From Candidatus Latescibacterota bacterium (GTDB lineage: Bacteria > Latescibacterota > UBA2968 > UBA8231): a DNA stretch of 64,000 bases. Positions 39,601-48,231 of this stretch are shown one piece after another. The translations under genes and the position numbers were made by a program. The notes under the pieces were generated by a model. It was not told the DNA's origin and did no database searches. It saw only the letters and a list, made by a program, of their open reading frames with translations. The stretch's first letter is position 1. The number at the start of each line of letters is the position of its first letter. The stretch lies in the NCBI GenBank assembly GCA_965200315.1, contig OZ241362.1, positions 4,832,001 through 4,896,000 of the forward strand, written 5' to 3'.

Positions 39601-41600
39601 TGAACATTGAGACGGCCTATCACGAGATGGTCGGCGGGGACTACAAACCGTTTGCCGGCATCTGCCTGACAGACACCTTTGAAATGCAGGAAGGCGACGA
39701 TTTGCTGGCGCAGATTATGCCGGATAATTCGGGGCGGCGGACCCGACAGAAAGAGACGGATATTCGCGTGATTATGGGGAATCCGCCGTGGTCGCGTATG
39801 CAGAAAAGCATGAACGACAACGCGCAAAATCAGTCGTATCCAAGTTTGGATGCGCGAATCAGCGACAGCTATGCACGACATTCGAGCGTTACCAATAAGA
39901 ACATTCTCTACGACAGCTACATCCGTGCGATTCGCTGGGCGAGCGACCGGATTGGCAAGAGCGGCGTGATCGGGTTTGTGACCGGGAGTGCATGGCTTGA
40001 ACGCGCTGTCGCCGACGGGATGCGAAAGTGTCTATTCGAGGAATTTAGCAACCTCTACGTATTTCACCTGCGCGGCGACGTCCGCAAAAACATGCTGAGC
40101 GGTGGCAAGGCCGGCGAAGGTGAAAACGTATTCGGCCAAGGCAGTATGACCGGATGCGCCGTCACCATTTTCGTTAAAAATCCCTACGAGAAGGAGCATG
40201 GTCGTATCCTGTTCCGAGACATCGGCGAAGACTTGGGCACTGACGAAAAATTAGACACTATCCGAAAGTTTGGAAGTACTCGCGGCATTACCAAGGCGAA
40301 TGGCTGGACGAGAATTGTACCCGACGCCAAGCACGAATGGCTGATCCAAGGAGATCCGGAGTTCAGCCAGTTCATGCAGGTCGGCGATAAAAAACGGAAC
40401 ACGTTTAACGATCTCGTATTTAAAAATTACTCGCTCGGAGTTGCTACTGGCCGCGACGCTTGGTGTTGCAATTTCTCGGCCAGTGCGCTCGAAGAGAACG
40501 TCCGATCCATGATCGATTTCTACAATTCGGAGATTGAGCGGTGGCAAGCCGATAAACTCGGCAATGCAAAACAGGCTGTTGATGCTTTCGTCAACAATGA
40601 CCCACAAAAAATTAGCTGGACCGCGAACCTCAAGGCCGATCTCGGTCGGGGAAAACAGTTGCAATTTGACGAGGGGCGAATCGCTCCGATAACGTATCGC
40701 CCCTTCACGCGGCAGGGGCTGTATTTCAGTCGCAGATTGAACGAACGGGTTTACCAAATACCGCAAATTTTCCCACACGCCGACGCGGAAAACCGCCTCA
40801 TTTGCGTGACGGGCATTGGGGCGCGGGCCGGTTTTTCAGTGATGATGGTCGATGCAATCCCGAACCTCCACACTATGGATTCGGGCCAATGCCTTCCCTT
40901 ATACCTCTACGAAAAACCCGCCAACGACGCCGGCCTTTTCGGCCAACAATCCGACGCCCACGGCTACACCCGCCGCGCCGCCATCACCGACGACGCACTC
41001 GCCAAATTCCGCGATGCCTACGGCAGCACCGTCTCCAAGCGCGACATCTTCCACTACATCTACGGCTTGCTACACGTCCCATCCTACCGCCGCCGCTTCG
41101 CCAACAACCTCTCCAAAGAGCTGCCGCGCATCCCCCTCGCCACCGACCCCAACCACTTCGCCGCCCTCGTCGCGGCCGGCCGCGAGTTAGGCGACTTACA
41201 CGTCGGCTTCGACCGCGTTGAGCCGTGGCCGCTCAAATTCGCCAACGGCAGTTGGGACGCGCCGGCAACCTATTTCCGCGTCCAAAAGATGAAACTCGGC
41301 GGCACCCAAAAAGCCCCCGACCGCACGACGATTATCTACAACAGCCACATCACCGTCACCGACATTCCCGCCGCCGCGTGGGACTACGAAGTCAACGGCA
41401 AGCCGGCCCTCAAATGGGTCATGGAGCGACAGGCCGTATCCACCGACAAAGCCAGCGGCATTGTCAACGACGCTAACCGCTACGCCACCGAAACCCTCGG
41501 CGATCCATCCTATCCGCTAAAGCTGCTCGCCTGCGTTGTTCGCGTCAGCATGGAGACTAATCGCATTGTTAAGGGGTTGCCGGAGCCGATGTGGAATTGA
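36696..41600 (+). CDS. Type ISP restriction-modification enzyme (nuclease-helicase-MTase-TRD)
   Basis: 1634 aa. Mrr-like DLGIDLVA...QCK. SF2 motifs MACGTGKT, DEAHR, TAT, EGVDVP and QAVGR. MTase LGIVYTP, DPFTGTG and GNPPW. ISP C-terminus YRPF and KELPRIP. Confidence 0.93.
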   Translation: MAELIPEPSHNPAALRDLLDNWRQQAAAAGYRRERDKGAAFEALCIAYLQHDPLQARQYDPPTPYSDWVRRQDRVAEPLALYAEPEQSAQDLGIDLVAKLRGEEGWCAIQCKFHATGRRIAKAEIDSFLAASGRKDFRQRLIIDTTGREWSPQAEKMLRDQAVPVRRIGLQELQASPIRWQDFAASGEIRVAAQRSLRPHQRQALEAVTGGLANSGSRGKMIMACGTGKTLTSLRIAEKLAGPGGRVLYLVPSLALMAQTVREWAQDANLPLRSFAVCSDAQVGKRRRRNDDLIDMDALDLAFPATTDAARLASVAVPPAPDDLTVVFATYQSSTVIEAAQQAHGLSAFDLAICDEAHRTAGALIEGEDPSHFVRIHRDEHIRCARRLYMTATPKVYAASARTRAGELATALCSMEDEEIYGPPLYELAFGAAVEQGLLTDYKVIVLTVPEDAAARAIQRSLAEDSELKLDDGAKLLGCWRALAKVDACQFPANDRQGMRRAIAFCRDIKSSQQVERLFAQVAAEYREQEGAHLTEYPVAAQHVDGTFNAIKRSAALHWLDEADSGCRVLTNARCLSEGVDVPALDAILFMHPRKSQIDVVQAVGRVMRKAPDKQMGYVVLPVVIPSGIQPEAALNDNKAFEVVWQTLNAIRSHDERFEGMINRIELGDPGDRIGLITLADWNPAPASGDGPGIGRGAARDPDAPPSQPEDSQPALFDGLPAAIRAKIVEKCGDRKYWDEWAGDVADIARRHIERIKALVESGDAEREVFQEFVDELCDDLNEGITDDDAIEMLAQHLVTGPVFDALFGETKFVSRNPVSQGIQCVLDVLKPENIDVEAANLDEFYASVRRRVEGAATDAAKQKIVVELYDKFFRNAFPSMTQRLGIVYTPVEIVDFIIRSVNDVLEDEFGSTLGSEGVHILDPFTGTGTFVTRLLQQGLIAAEDLPRKYANEIHANEIVLLAYYIAAVNIETAYHEMVGGDYKPFAGICLTDTFEMQEGDDLLAQIMPDNSGRRTRQKETDIRVIMGNPPWSRMQKSMNDNAQNQSYPSLDARISDSYARHSSVTNKNILYDSYIRAIRWASDRIGKSGVIGFVTGSAWLERAVADGMRKCLFEEFSNLYVFHLRGDVRKNMLSGGKAGEGENVFGQGSMTGCAVTIFVKNPYEKEHGRILFRDIGEDLGTDEKLDTIRKFGSTRGITKANGWTRIVPDAKHEWLIQGDPEFSQFMQVGDKKRNTFNDLVFKNYSLGVATGRDAWCCNFSASALEENVRSMIDFYNSEIERWQADKLGNAKQAVDAFVNNDPQKISWTANLKADLGRGKQLQFDEGRIAPITYRPFTRQGLYFSRRLNERVYQIPQIFPHADAENRLICVTGIGARAGFSVMMVDAIPNLHTMDSGQCLPLYLYEKPANDAGLFGQQSDAHGYTRRAAITDDALAKFRDAYGSTVSKRDIFHYIYGLLHVPSYRRRFANNLSKELPRIPLATDPNHFAALVAAGRELGDLHVGFDRVEPWPLKFANGSWDAPATYFRVQKMKLGGTQKAPDRTTIIYNSHITVTDIPAAAWDYEVNGKPALKWVMERQAVSTDKASGIVNDANRYATETLGDPSYPLKLLACVVRVSMETNRIVKGLPEPMWN

Positions 41601-41730
41601 TGATCTATAGTTGTGAAGGAGATAGGCAGTTTTTATATTGTGAAGCGATCGAAGTGAGGAAGTAAGAGCAACGACATGACAGTTGATACGAAGGACATTA
41701 AGCCGGCTGTGAACCAGAGTAATAAACCAG

Positions 41731-42228
41731 ATGCTGACAGATCGAGAAATTCAAGAATTGATACAGTCTCCCAAGAAAATTAAAGAGAGGAATCCTGATA
41801 GAGGATACAGTGAAGGAGATGGTCATAGACGTTGCAATCTAGTATTAGAAGATGACTCGGGTGGTGGAGGCATATTTTCTGTTTTCATTCGTCAGAATAC
41901 CTTTTTTATAGAAAATTTTTCTATTGGCTTGGTCTATAAAAAAGATAAAGAGGTCGGGTCCATAACGCTTATTCGCTACAATGGTCCGCACGGAGAAACG
42001 AGCCGGGATGAGGACGGTCATTACGCCAAGTCGCATATACACCGCGTAATTGCTGAGGAAGTTCGATCTGGCATCATGCAACCACAAGAAAAGCACAGAG
42101 AGATCACAGAAAAGTATAGCATATTTGAAGAAGCTCTCAACGCTTTCTTAGTCGATGTTGGTATAGTGAATGGCTCAGAATACTTCCCTGAGTTAAATCA
42201 ATTAGGGCTTTTCGATGGATATCAATAA
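41731..42228 (+). CDS. Low-GC hypothetical protein (DUF6978-like; RYNGPH...HIH motif, C-terminal QLGLF)
   Basis: 165 aa, AT-rich, overlapping the next gene. Confidence 0.65.
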   Translation: MLTDREIQELIQSPKKIKERNPDRGYSEGDGHRRCNLVLEDDSGGGGIFSVFIRQNTFFIENFSIGLVYKKDKEVGSITLIRYNGPHGETSRDEDGHYAKSHIHRVIAEEVRSGIMQPQEKHREITEKYSIFEEALNAFLVDVGIVNGSEYFPELNQLGLFDGYQ

Positions 42229-42982
42229 AGTAAATCACCTACTCTGTGACCGAGCCAAGGCGAGTTTTGAGGTGTATGAACGAAGGCATGGGACGTATCA
42301 GCTTATAATCCCTATACTCCACGAAGACGGCGATATGGTGGATATTTATTTTCAAGATAGTCCTAAAGGTGAAAACTATGTCCGCGTATGCGACTTCGGC
42401 ATGGCTATTATGCGCCTTTCTTATGCCTATGAAATAAATACGGATTCCCGACGGAGAATTTTTGACAGCATATTAATGAACAGTGGCGTACAGAATGAAA
42501 AGGGAAACCTTTATTTAGATACTCCTCTCTCTATGCTTTATGAGAGCATTCTTCAGTTCGCAGGTTGCGTACAGAAAATATGTAATATGCGCTATTGGAG
42601 TAGAGAGATGGTCCGATCTACGTTCTACGAAGATCTTAAAGAGTATACAACAACAGAGTTGAGAAATTTTAGCCCGCAGCCAGACGTCACTCCTATTGCC
42701 GACTATGAATTAATCACTGTAGATTGGTCTTTGAGTCACAACAACCGTAAATTCTACCTTTTCGGAGTACGCGGAAATAGTAAAGCAAAAAGCACGGCTA
42801 TCGCATTGTTGGAGCTTAAAAGAGCGAGCCTCATGTTCACTAGTCTGGTAATACACGAGAACATGCTGGAACTAGGTACTAAGGAGGCCGCCTACCTTAC
42901 CAAGAATGCCGATAAGCAATATCTAAAGCTGGATGATTTCCGCGAAGACGGTATCCCTGACATTAATAGGCTGGCGGCATAA
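42215..42982 (+). CDS. DUF1828/DUF1829-like protein
   Basis: P.LHEDGD.VDIY...VRVCDFG N-terminal region, followed by a degenerate restriction-like C-terminal domain. AT-rich. Confidence 0.65.
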   Translation: MDINKVNHLLCDRAKASFEVYERRHGTYQLIIPILHEDGDMVDIYFQDSPKGENYVRVCDFGMAIMRLSYAYEINTDSRRRIFDSILMNSGVQNEKGNLYLDTPLSMLYESILQFAGCVQKICNMRYWSREMVRSTFYEDLKEYTTTELRNFSPQPDVTPIADYELITVDWSLSHNNRKFYLFGVRGNSKAKSTAIALLELKRASLMFTSLVIHENMLELGTKEAAYLTKNADKQYLKLDDFREDGIPDINRLAA

Positions 42983-43076
42983 TTAAAGAAGCTATGGACT
43001 TCTACTTATTCCAATAGCACTTAAGTACGTCCTAAGAAACTGTCTGAAAACCCACCTAGTAGATCGGGTTGAACCT

Positions 43077-43310
43077 CGGTCGGTCATTCCTGCACAAGCG
43101 GGGTTCGCCGTGGCACCCCATCTTTACGACGCCGGCCTGATCGTAAACACTAGGAATTACCTAACTGGCCCTGTTCAATAATTAAACGACTGAAATGCAG
43201 TTTTGTGCAATTGGACTCATATATCTCTGAGTCCGGTCGCTTGCATGCGGGAGTGACCGATGTCGTTCCCGCGAAAGCGGGTTTTACCGCGCCGCCCATT
43301 TTCGCGGGCG
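43077..43310. repeat. Cluster of degenerate REP-like GTCATTCCCGCG..GCGGG palindromes
   Basis: GTCATTCCTGCACAAGCGGG (43083), an inverted copy GCTTGCATGCGGGAGTGACCGA (~43239-43260) and GTCGTTCCCGCGAAAGCGGG (43262). Confidence 0.5.
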
Positions 43311-43480
43311 CAAGCTTTTAGGCGTGACATCCAGATAAAAGGGCAACTAAGTTACTGCTGTTACGTTGCGTCCTCAGTATCCACCATCGGCCTTGCCGGA
43401 TTGAGGGCTCTTGCCCTCGATCCCAGCTAAGACCTGAGGGTCGTATCCGAGTTGGGACACGAAAAGATCGGTATTATACC

Positions 43481-44386
43481 ATGCACGAAGCACTGACGCA
43501 GTATCGCCGGCACAAGGGGCTGTTGCTGCTGGTGGCACCGGGGCTGGCCTTTTTCCTCGTCTTCAATTACCTGCCCATGTTCGGGCTGGTGCTCGCCTTT
43601 AAGGAATTTCGTCTGAGCGCCGGCATCTTAGGCAGCGAGTGGAGCGGGTTGGAGAATTTTTTCCGCCTCTTCGGCGGGGCCGACTTTCCCAATGCCCTGC
43701 GCAACACGGTCACCATCAGCTTCTTGCGCCTGCTGTTCGGCTTTTTTGCGCCGATCGCGCTGGCGCTGATGCTCAACGAGATCCGCGTCTCTTGGTACAA
43801 GCGCACCGTGCAGACGGTGACCTATATCCCCTATTTTCTCTCGTGGGTCATCTTGGGCGGCATCTTTCTGATGATTTTCTCGCAGAGCGGACCGGCCAAC
43901 CAAATCGCCCAGCTCTTCGGAGTCTCCCCGATTGAGTTCCTCACCGACGATTTCTGGTTTATCGCGGTGGTCATTGTCACGGGGATTTGGCAGGCGGCTG
44001 GCTACGGGGCAGTGATTTACTTGGCGGCACTCGCTGGGATTTCTCCCGACCTGTACGAGGCGGCCGTCGTCGATGGGGCTGGTCGCTGGAAGCAGACCTT
44101 GCACATCACCCTCCCGGGGCTGGTGCCGACGATTATCACGCTTTTCATCCTCAATCTCGGCCACGTGCTCAACGCGGGCTTCGACCAGATTTACAACATG
44201 TACAATCCCATGGTGTACGACGCGGCCGACATCATCGACACCTACGTTCTGCGGCGGATCGTGCTAATGGACTTTGGGCTGGCTACCGGGGCCGGGCTTT
44301 TCAAATCCGTGGTCGGCTTGTTGATGGTGGTGCTGGCCAACTCGCTGGCCCGGCGGCTCAGCGGAGGGGAGCAGGGAATATGGTAA
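43481..44386 (+). CDS. Carbohydrate ABC transporter permease (LplB-like)
   Basis: FNYLPMFG...FK, W.GLENF, and the EAA loop LYEAAVVDGAGRW. Confidence 0.92.
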   Translation: MHEALTQYRRHKGLLLLVAPGLAFFLVFNYLPMFGLVLAFKEFRLSAGILGSEWSGLENFFRLFGGADFPNALRNTVTISFLRLLFGFFAPIALALMLNEIRVSWYKRTVQTVTYIPYFLSWVILGGIFLMIFSQSGPANQIAQLFGVSPIEFLTDDFWFIAVVIVTGIWQAAGYGAVIYLAALAGISPDLYEAAVVDGAGRWKQTLHITLPGLVPTIITLFILNLGHVLNAGFDQIYNMYNPMVYDAADIIDTYVLRRIVLMDFGLATGAGLFKSVVGLLMVVLANSLARRLSGGEQGIW

Positions 44387-45258
44387 GCCGCACGCGAGGC
44401 GAGAAGGTTTTCAACGTCTTTAACTTGACGGTGTTGGGTTTGGTCGGGCTAATGGCGCTCTATCCGTTCGTGTACACTATTTCGATGTCGTTGAGCAGTG
44501 CCGCCGAAGCCATGCGCGCAAGTCTGCACCTCTACCCGAGTGACGTTTCGCTGACCTCGTACCGCATGGTGCTGTCCAACCCCGAGATCGTCACGGGGTT
44601 CACCAACTCGATCCTGCGCACGGTGTTGGGCACGGCGCTGACGCTCTTTTTTACGTGCCTGACGGCCTACCCGCTAGCGAGGCGCGAGATGCCGCACCGC
44701 AGTCCGCTGCTGTTCTTGGTGCTTTTTACCATGCTCTTTAGCGGCGGCATTGTGCCCAACTATCTGCTGGTCAAGAACCTCGGTCTGATCGACTCAATAT
44801 GGGCGCTGGTGCTGCCGCAGATGCTGACGGCCTTCAACATCATCGTGGTCAAGAATTTCTTTCAGGCCATTCCCGAAAGTCTGGCCGAGTCGGCCAAGAT
44901 CGACGGAGCTAGCGAGTTTAATATCCTCTTTAGGATATACGTACCTCTCTCCAAGCCCGTGCTGGCGACGATTGGGTTGTGGACAGCGGTGGCGCACTGG
45001 AACCACTGGTTCGACGCCATGCTCTACATCGCGTCGGACGAGAATCAGGTGTTGCAGACCTTTTTACAGCGGATCGTCATCGAGAACAGCGTCGAGTTGA
45101 TTGAGCAGGGGCTGGTTGATCCGAACATCACCGAGTTCACGCCCGAGACGATTAAGGCGGCGACCGTGGTCGTTACCATCCTGCCGATGCTTTTGGTCTA
45201 TCCGTTCGTGCAGAAGTACTTCGTGCGAGGGATTATGCTAGGGAGCGTCAAGGAATAA
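44380..45258 (+). CDS. Carbohydrate ABC transporter permease (LplC-like)
   Basis: Start MVSRTRGEK. FSGGIVPNY, L.ESAKIDGA and YPFVQKYFV.G..LGSVKE. Confidence 0.92.
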   Translation: MVSRTRGEKVFNVFNLTVLGLVGLMALYPFVYTISMSLSSAAEAMRASLHLYPSDVSLTSYRMVLSNPEIVTGFTNSILRTVLGTALTLFFTCLTAYPLARREMPHRSPLLFLVLFTMLFSGGIVPNYLLVKNLGLIDSIWALVLPQMLTAFNIIVVKNFFQAIPESLAESAKIDGASEFNILFRIYVPLSKPVLATIGLWTAVAHWNHWFDAMLYIASDENQVLQTFLQRIVIENSVELIEQGLVDPNITEFTPETIKAATVVVTILPMLLVYPFVQKYFVRGIMLGSVKE

Positions 45259-45270
45259 ACGAGCCCCGTC

Positions 45271-46098
45271 TCACATCTGAAATCCGCCGGCCACTAACAT
45301 CGATACGCCGGTGAGGTACTCGGCTTCGTCCGAAGCGAGAAAGGCCACGGTGCGGGCCACATCCTCGGGCGTACCAATGCGGCCCAAGGGGGTTTGCGCC
45401 TCAAGGTCGTGGACTAGGGTGGCCGTGGTGTCGGCGTCTGGCTCGTCGCGCTGGGCGAGGCCCGCAGCGATGTAGTGGGTGCGCTCGGTGAGGGTGTTGC
45501 CCGGGCAGACAGCGTTGACGTTGATCCGGTGGGGGGCGAGCTCCCAAGCGAGGGATTGGGTAAAGCCGATGATGGCGAATTTGGACGTGCAGTACGCGGC
45601 GTAGCGCGGATATCCTTGGCGTCCGGCCGTAGAGGACATGTTGATGATCTTGCCGCCGTCGCCGCGATCGATCAGGTGCCGGGCCACAGCGCGCGAGCAG
45701 AGAAAGGTGCCCTTGACGTTGACCGTTTGCACTTGGTCCCAAGCGGCTTCGCTAAGATCGACGACTGGGACGCGATCGGGCCCGGGGCGCGAGCCAGCGT
45801 TGTTGACGAGCAGATCGATGCGGCCAAAGCGGGCGAGCGCGGCTTGCACCATGCCCTCGACTTGGGAGGCGTCGGACACATCGGCTTCCACCGCGAGGGC
45901 CTGCCGCCCGGCGGCTTCTACTTCGGCGACGAGGGCGGGCAGGCCGCCCCAGCCAGATTCGCTATAGGGCTGGGCGTGCAAGTCATTGACTACGAGGTTA
46001 CAGCCTTCGTGCGCTAGGCGTTGACAGATGGCGCGGCCAATGCCGTGTTCGCCGCCCGCGCCGGTGACGAGGGCGACTTTGCCGTTGAGATTGTACAT
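45271..46098 (-). CDS. SDR family oxidoreductase
   Basis: TGAGGEHGIG, NNAG and YCTSK. Confidence 0.92.
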   Translation of the reverse strand: MYNLNGKVALVTGAGGEHGIGRAICQRLAHEGCNLVVNDLHAQPYSESGWGGLPALVAEVEAAGRQALAVEADVSDASQVEGMVQAALARFGRIDLLVNNAGSRPGPDRVPVVDLSEAAWDQVQTVNVKGTFLCSRAVARHLIDRGDGGKIINMSSTAGRQGYPRYAAYCTSKFAIIGFTQSLAWELAPHRINVNAVCPGNTLTERTHYIAAGLAQRDEPDADTTATLVHDLEAQTPLGRIGTPEDVARTVAFLASDEAEYLTGVSMLVAGGFQM

Positions 46099-46193
46099 GG
46101 GGTTCTCCGCATGATTAAAGAGTTGGGTAGCAGCATTGAGATGGCGGTGTGTATATCTCACATTCTTGTTGCTGTAGGAATTAGAAATGTCTA

Positions 46194-46592
46194 TTACGTT
46201 AACTGCTCGAACAGCGCGAATTTAGATGCTTTTTTATCAAAAGTGAGAACACCATCACAATTTGAAAATTTTGCTGAATGTGCAATTAACAAATCTGCAA
46301 GCTCTATTTTGTTTGTCTGAGCAGACGAGAGAGTTCTTTGTAGAGCAGATTGAGCCTCAAATATCAAAATGGGCATAAGGAGAAGTTTCTGCAGAGAGCC
46401 GCGGATTTCTTCGCGTGGAATCTCGTATGCAGATTCGAGTACCCAGATGGTTTCAAGCACTACGAGTAAAGGAACAAAAAAGAGTTCGTCTCTACTTTCT
46501 GCTCTTTTAAAAAGTTTGTACGCAATTTGTGCTTGTTTTTTATTATCCCTTACAAGAAAGCGAATAAGCACATTCGTGTCTAATGCTTTCAC
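46194..46592 (-). CDS. vapC: VapC-type PIN domain toxin
   Basis: LDTNVLIRFL, LETIWVL, ADLLI and LTFD. Low GC. Confidence 0.9.
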   Translation of the reverse strand: MKALDTNVLIRFLVRDNKKQAQIAYKLFKRAESRDELFFVPLLVVLETIWVLESAYEIPREEIRGSLQKLLLMPILIFEAQSALQRTLSSAQTNKIELADLLIAHSAKFSNCDGVLTFDKKASKFALFEQLT

Positions 46593-46843
46593 TTAAAACG
46601 CACCTTCATTTTTTGCCTAATTCCAGACTTCATTTGGTGAACCGAAACAGGCTTTCTGACGAATTTATACAACTCGCCGAAAATTTCATCTACTTTTACT
46701 GTTTTGGTCATAGGCTTTAGAAGTGCTTCACCATTTTCTGTAAGCATAAAATCGACTTTATCGCCTTCTCGGAGTTGCAGAGCATCGCGAACGGTTTTGG
46801 GAATTGTGACTTGCCCTTTGCTTGTTAGCGTTGCTATTGCCAT
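46589..46843 (-). CDS. AbrB/MazE-family antitoxin
   Basis: ATLTSKGQVTIPK.VRD.L.L.EGD. Overlaps the vapC start. Confidence 0.9.
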   Translation of the reverse strand: MAIATLTSKGQVTIPKTVRDALQLREGDKVDFMLTENGEALLKPMTKTVKVDEIFGELYKFVRKPVSVHQMKSGIRQKMKVRFK

Positions 46844-46871
46844 ACTGAGAGCCTCTTGTTGGGGTTTATTT

Positions 46872-46887
46872 CTTACTTAGAAGTAAG
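46872..46887. promoter_or_regulatory. Putative autoregulatory operator of the AbrB-VapC operon
   Basis: Perfect palindrome CTTACTT-AG-AAGTAAG about 30 bp upstream of the antitoxin start. Confidence 0.55.
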
Positions 46888-47079
46888 GAAAATGCTCCCC
46901 GAGCGCAAGGGAGGCAGATGACAAAGGCCAGCCCTCGGCAGCTCGCATCTGGACTAAGGCAAGGCGGTAGAAGCGGGACTGTCCTCGATAGTCGCCGCGC
47001 CCAAATCCGTCTTGACAGGGAGTTGAAAATACTATAGTTCAGGGTAAATCTGCATAACCGCTAGACAAAGGAGCGCGAA

Positions 47080-48231
47080 ATGGACCAAGTGCGAATTGGT
47101 ATTATCGGCCTCGGCGGCATGGGCAACAGCCACGCCACCTATCTTTCCCAAGGCCAAATTGCCGGTGCGGAACTTGCGGCCGTAGCCGACATCGATCCGG
47201 CCCGCCTTGCGGACGTGCAAGACAAATACGGCGCGGGCGTGCAAGCGTTCGCCGGGGCCGACGCTCTGTTTGCGGCCCAATGCGTGGACGCTGTGATCGT
47301 AGCTACCCCCCATTACTTCCATCCCCCGCTGGTGATCGAGGCGCTCGAAAACGGCCTGCACGCGATGAGCGAGAAGCCAGCCGGGGTTTATACGCGCCAA
47401 GTCCGCGAGATGAACGAGGCCGCGGCCAAAAGCGACCGGGTCTTTGGCATGATGTTCAACCAGCGCGCACGCGGCGAGCACCAGAAGCTGAAGTCGCTGG
47501 TCGAATCCGGCGAGTTGGGGCCGATTCAGCGCACAATTTATATCATCAACAACTGGTTCCGCGCCCAGAGCTACTACGATTCGGGTGGTTGGCGGGCGAC
47601 TTGGGCCGGCGAGGGCGGTGGCGTGTTGGCCAACCAGTGTCCGCACAATCTCGACCTGTGGCAGTGGATCTGCGGAATGCCGCAGCGGGTGCGGGCCTTT
47701 TGCCGCTTTGGGCAATACCACGACATTGAGGTTGAAGACGACGTAACGGCCTATGTCGAATACGAGAACGGAGCTACGGGTGTTTTTATCACCTCTACGG
47801 GCGAGGCTCCGGGGACCAATCGGCTGGAGATTTCAGCGGACCGCGGCAAGGTGGTGTTGGAAGGCGGCAAAATCACCTTTTGGCGCACGACCGAGTCGGC
47901 GAGCAAGTTCCTTGTGGAGTGGCCGCATGGATTTGGCAGCCCGGAGGTTTGGAAGTGCGAGATCCCGGGCGGCGGCGGCGCGGAGCACAAGGGGATTACC
48001 CAGAACTGGGTGCAAGCTATCCGCACGGGGTCGCCGCTGTTAGCGGCCGGGACCGAGGGGATCAACGGCGTGGAGTTGTCCAACGCGATGCTGCTTTCGA
48101 CGTGGACCGACGATTGGGTGCCTATTCCGGTGGATGAGGATTTGTACTACGAGGAGTTGCAAAAGCGGGTGGCCACCTCCAAGGTGAAAGAAGCGGGCGG
48201 ACAGGTGATGGACGTACAGGGGACGTTTTAA
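47080..48231 (+). CDS. Gfo/Idh/MocA family oxidoreductase
   Basis: GIIGLGGMG, ATPHYFH, EKP and GGGVL.NQCPH.LD. Confidence 0.93.
   Translation: MDQVRIGIIGLGGMGNSHATYLSQGQIAGAELAAVADIDPARLADVQDKYGAGVQAFAGADALFAAQCVDAVIVATPHYFHPPLVIEALENGLHAMSEKPAGVYTRQVREMNEAAAKSDRVFGMMFNQRARGEHQKLKSLVESGELGPIQRTIYIINNWFRAQSYYDSGGWRATWAGEGGGVLANQCPHNLDLWQWICGMPQRVRAFCRFGQYHDIEVEDDVTAYVEYENGATGVFITSTGEAPGTNRLEISADRGKVVLEGGKITFWRTTESASKFLVEWPHGFGSPEVWKCEIPGGGGAEHKGITQNWVQAIRTGSPLLAAGTEGINGVELSNAMLLSTWTDDWVPIPVDEDLYYEELQKRVATSKVKEAGGQVMDVQGTF

Noticed and set aside
43987-44379. N-terminal extensions given in the ORF track (also 33229, 35809, 24283, 53453, 28415)
   Set aside because: They overlap upstream genes or terminators. 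Downstream starts with an RBS and family-typical N-termini fit better.
46900-47010. Possible riboswitch or ncRNA upstream of the oxidoreductase
   Set aside because: No recognisable aptamer consensus or terminator.
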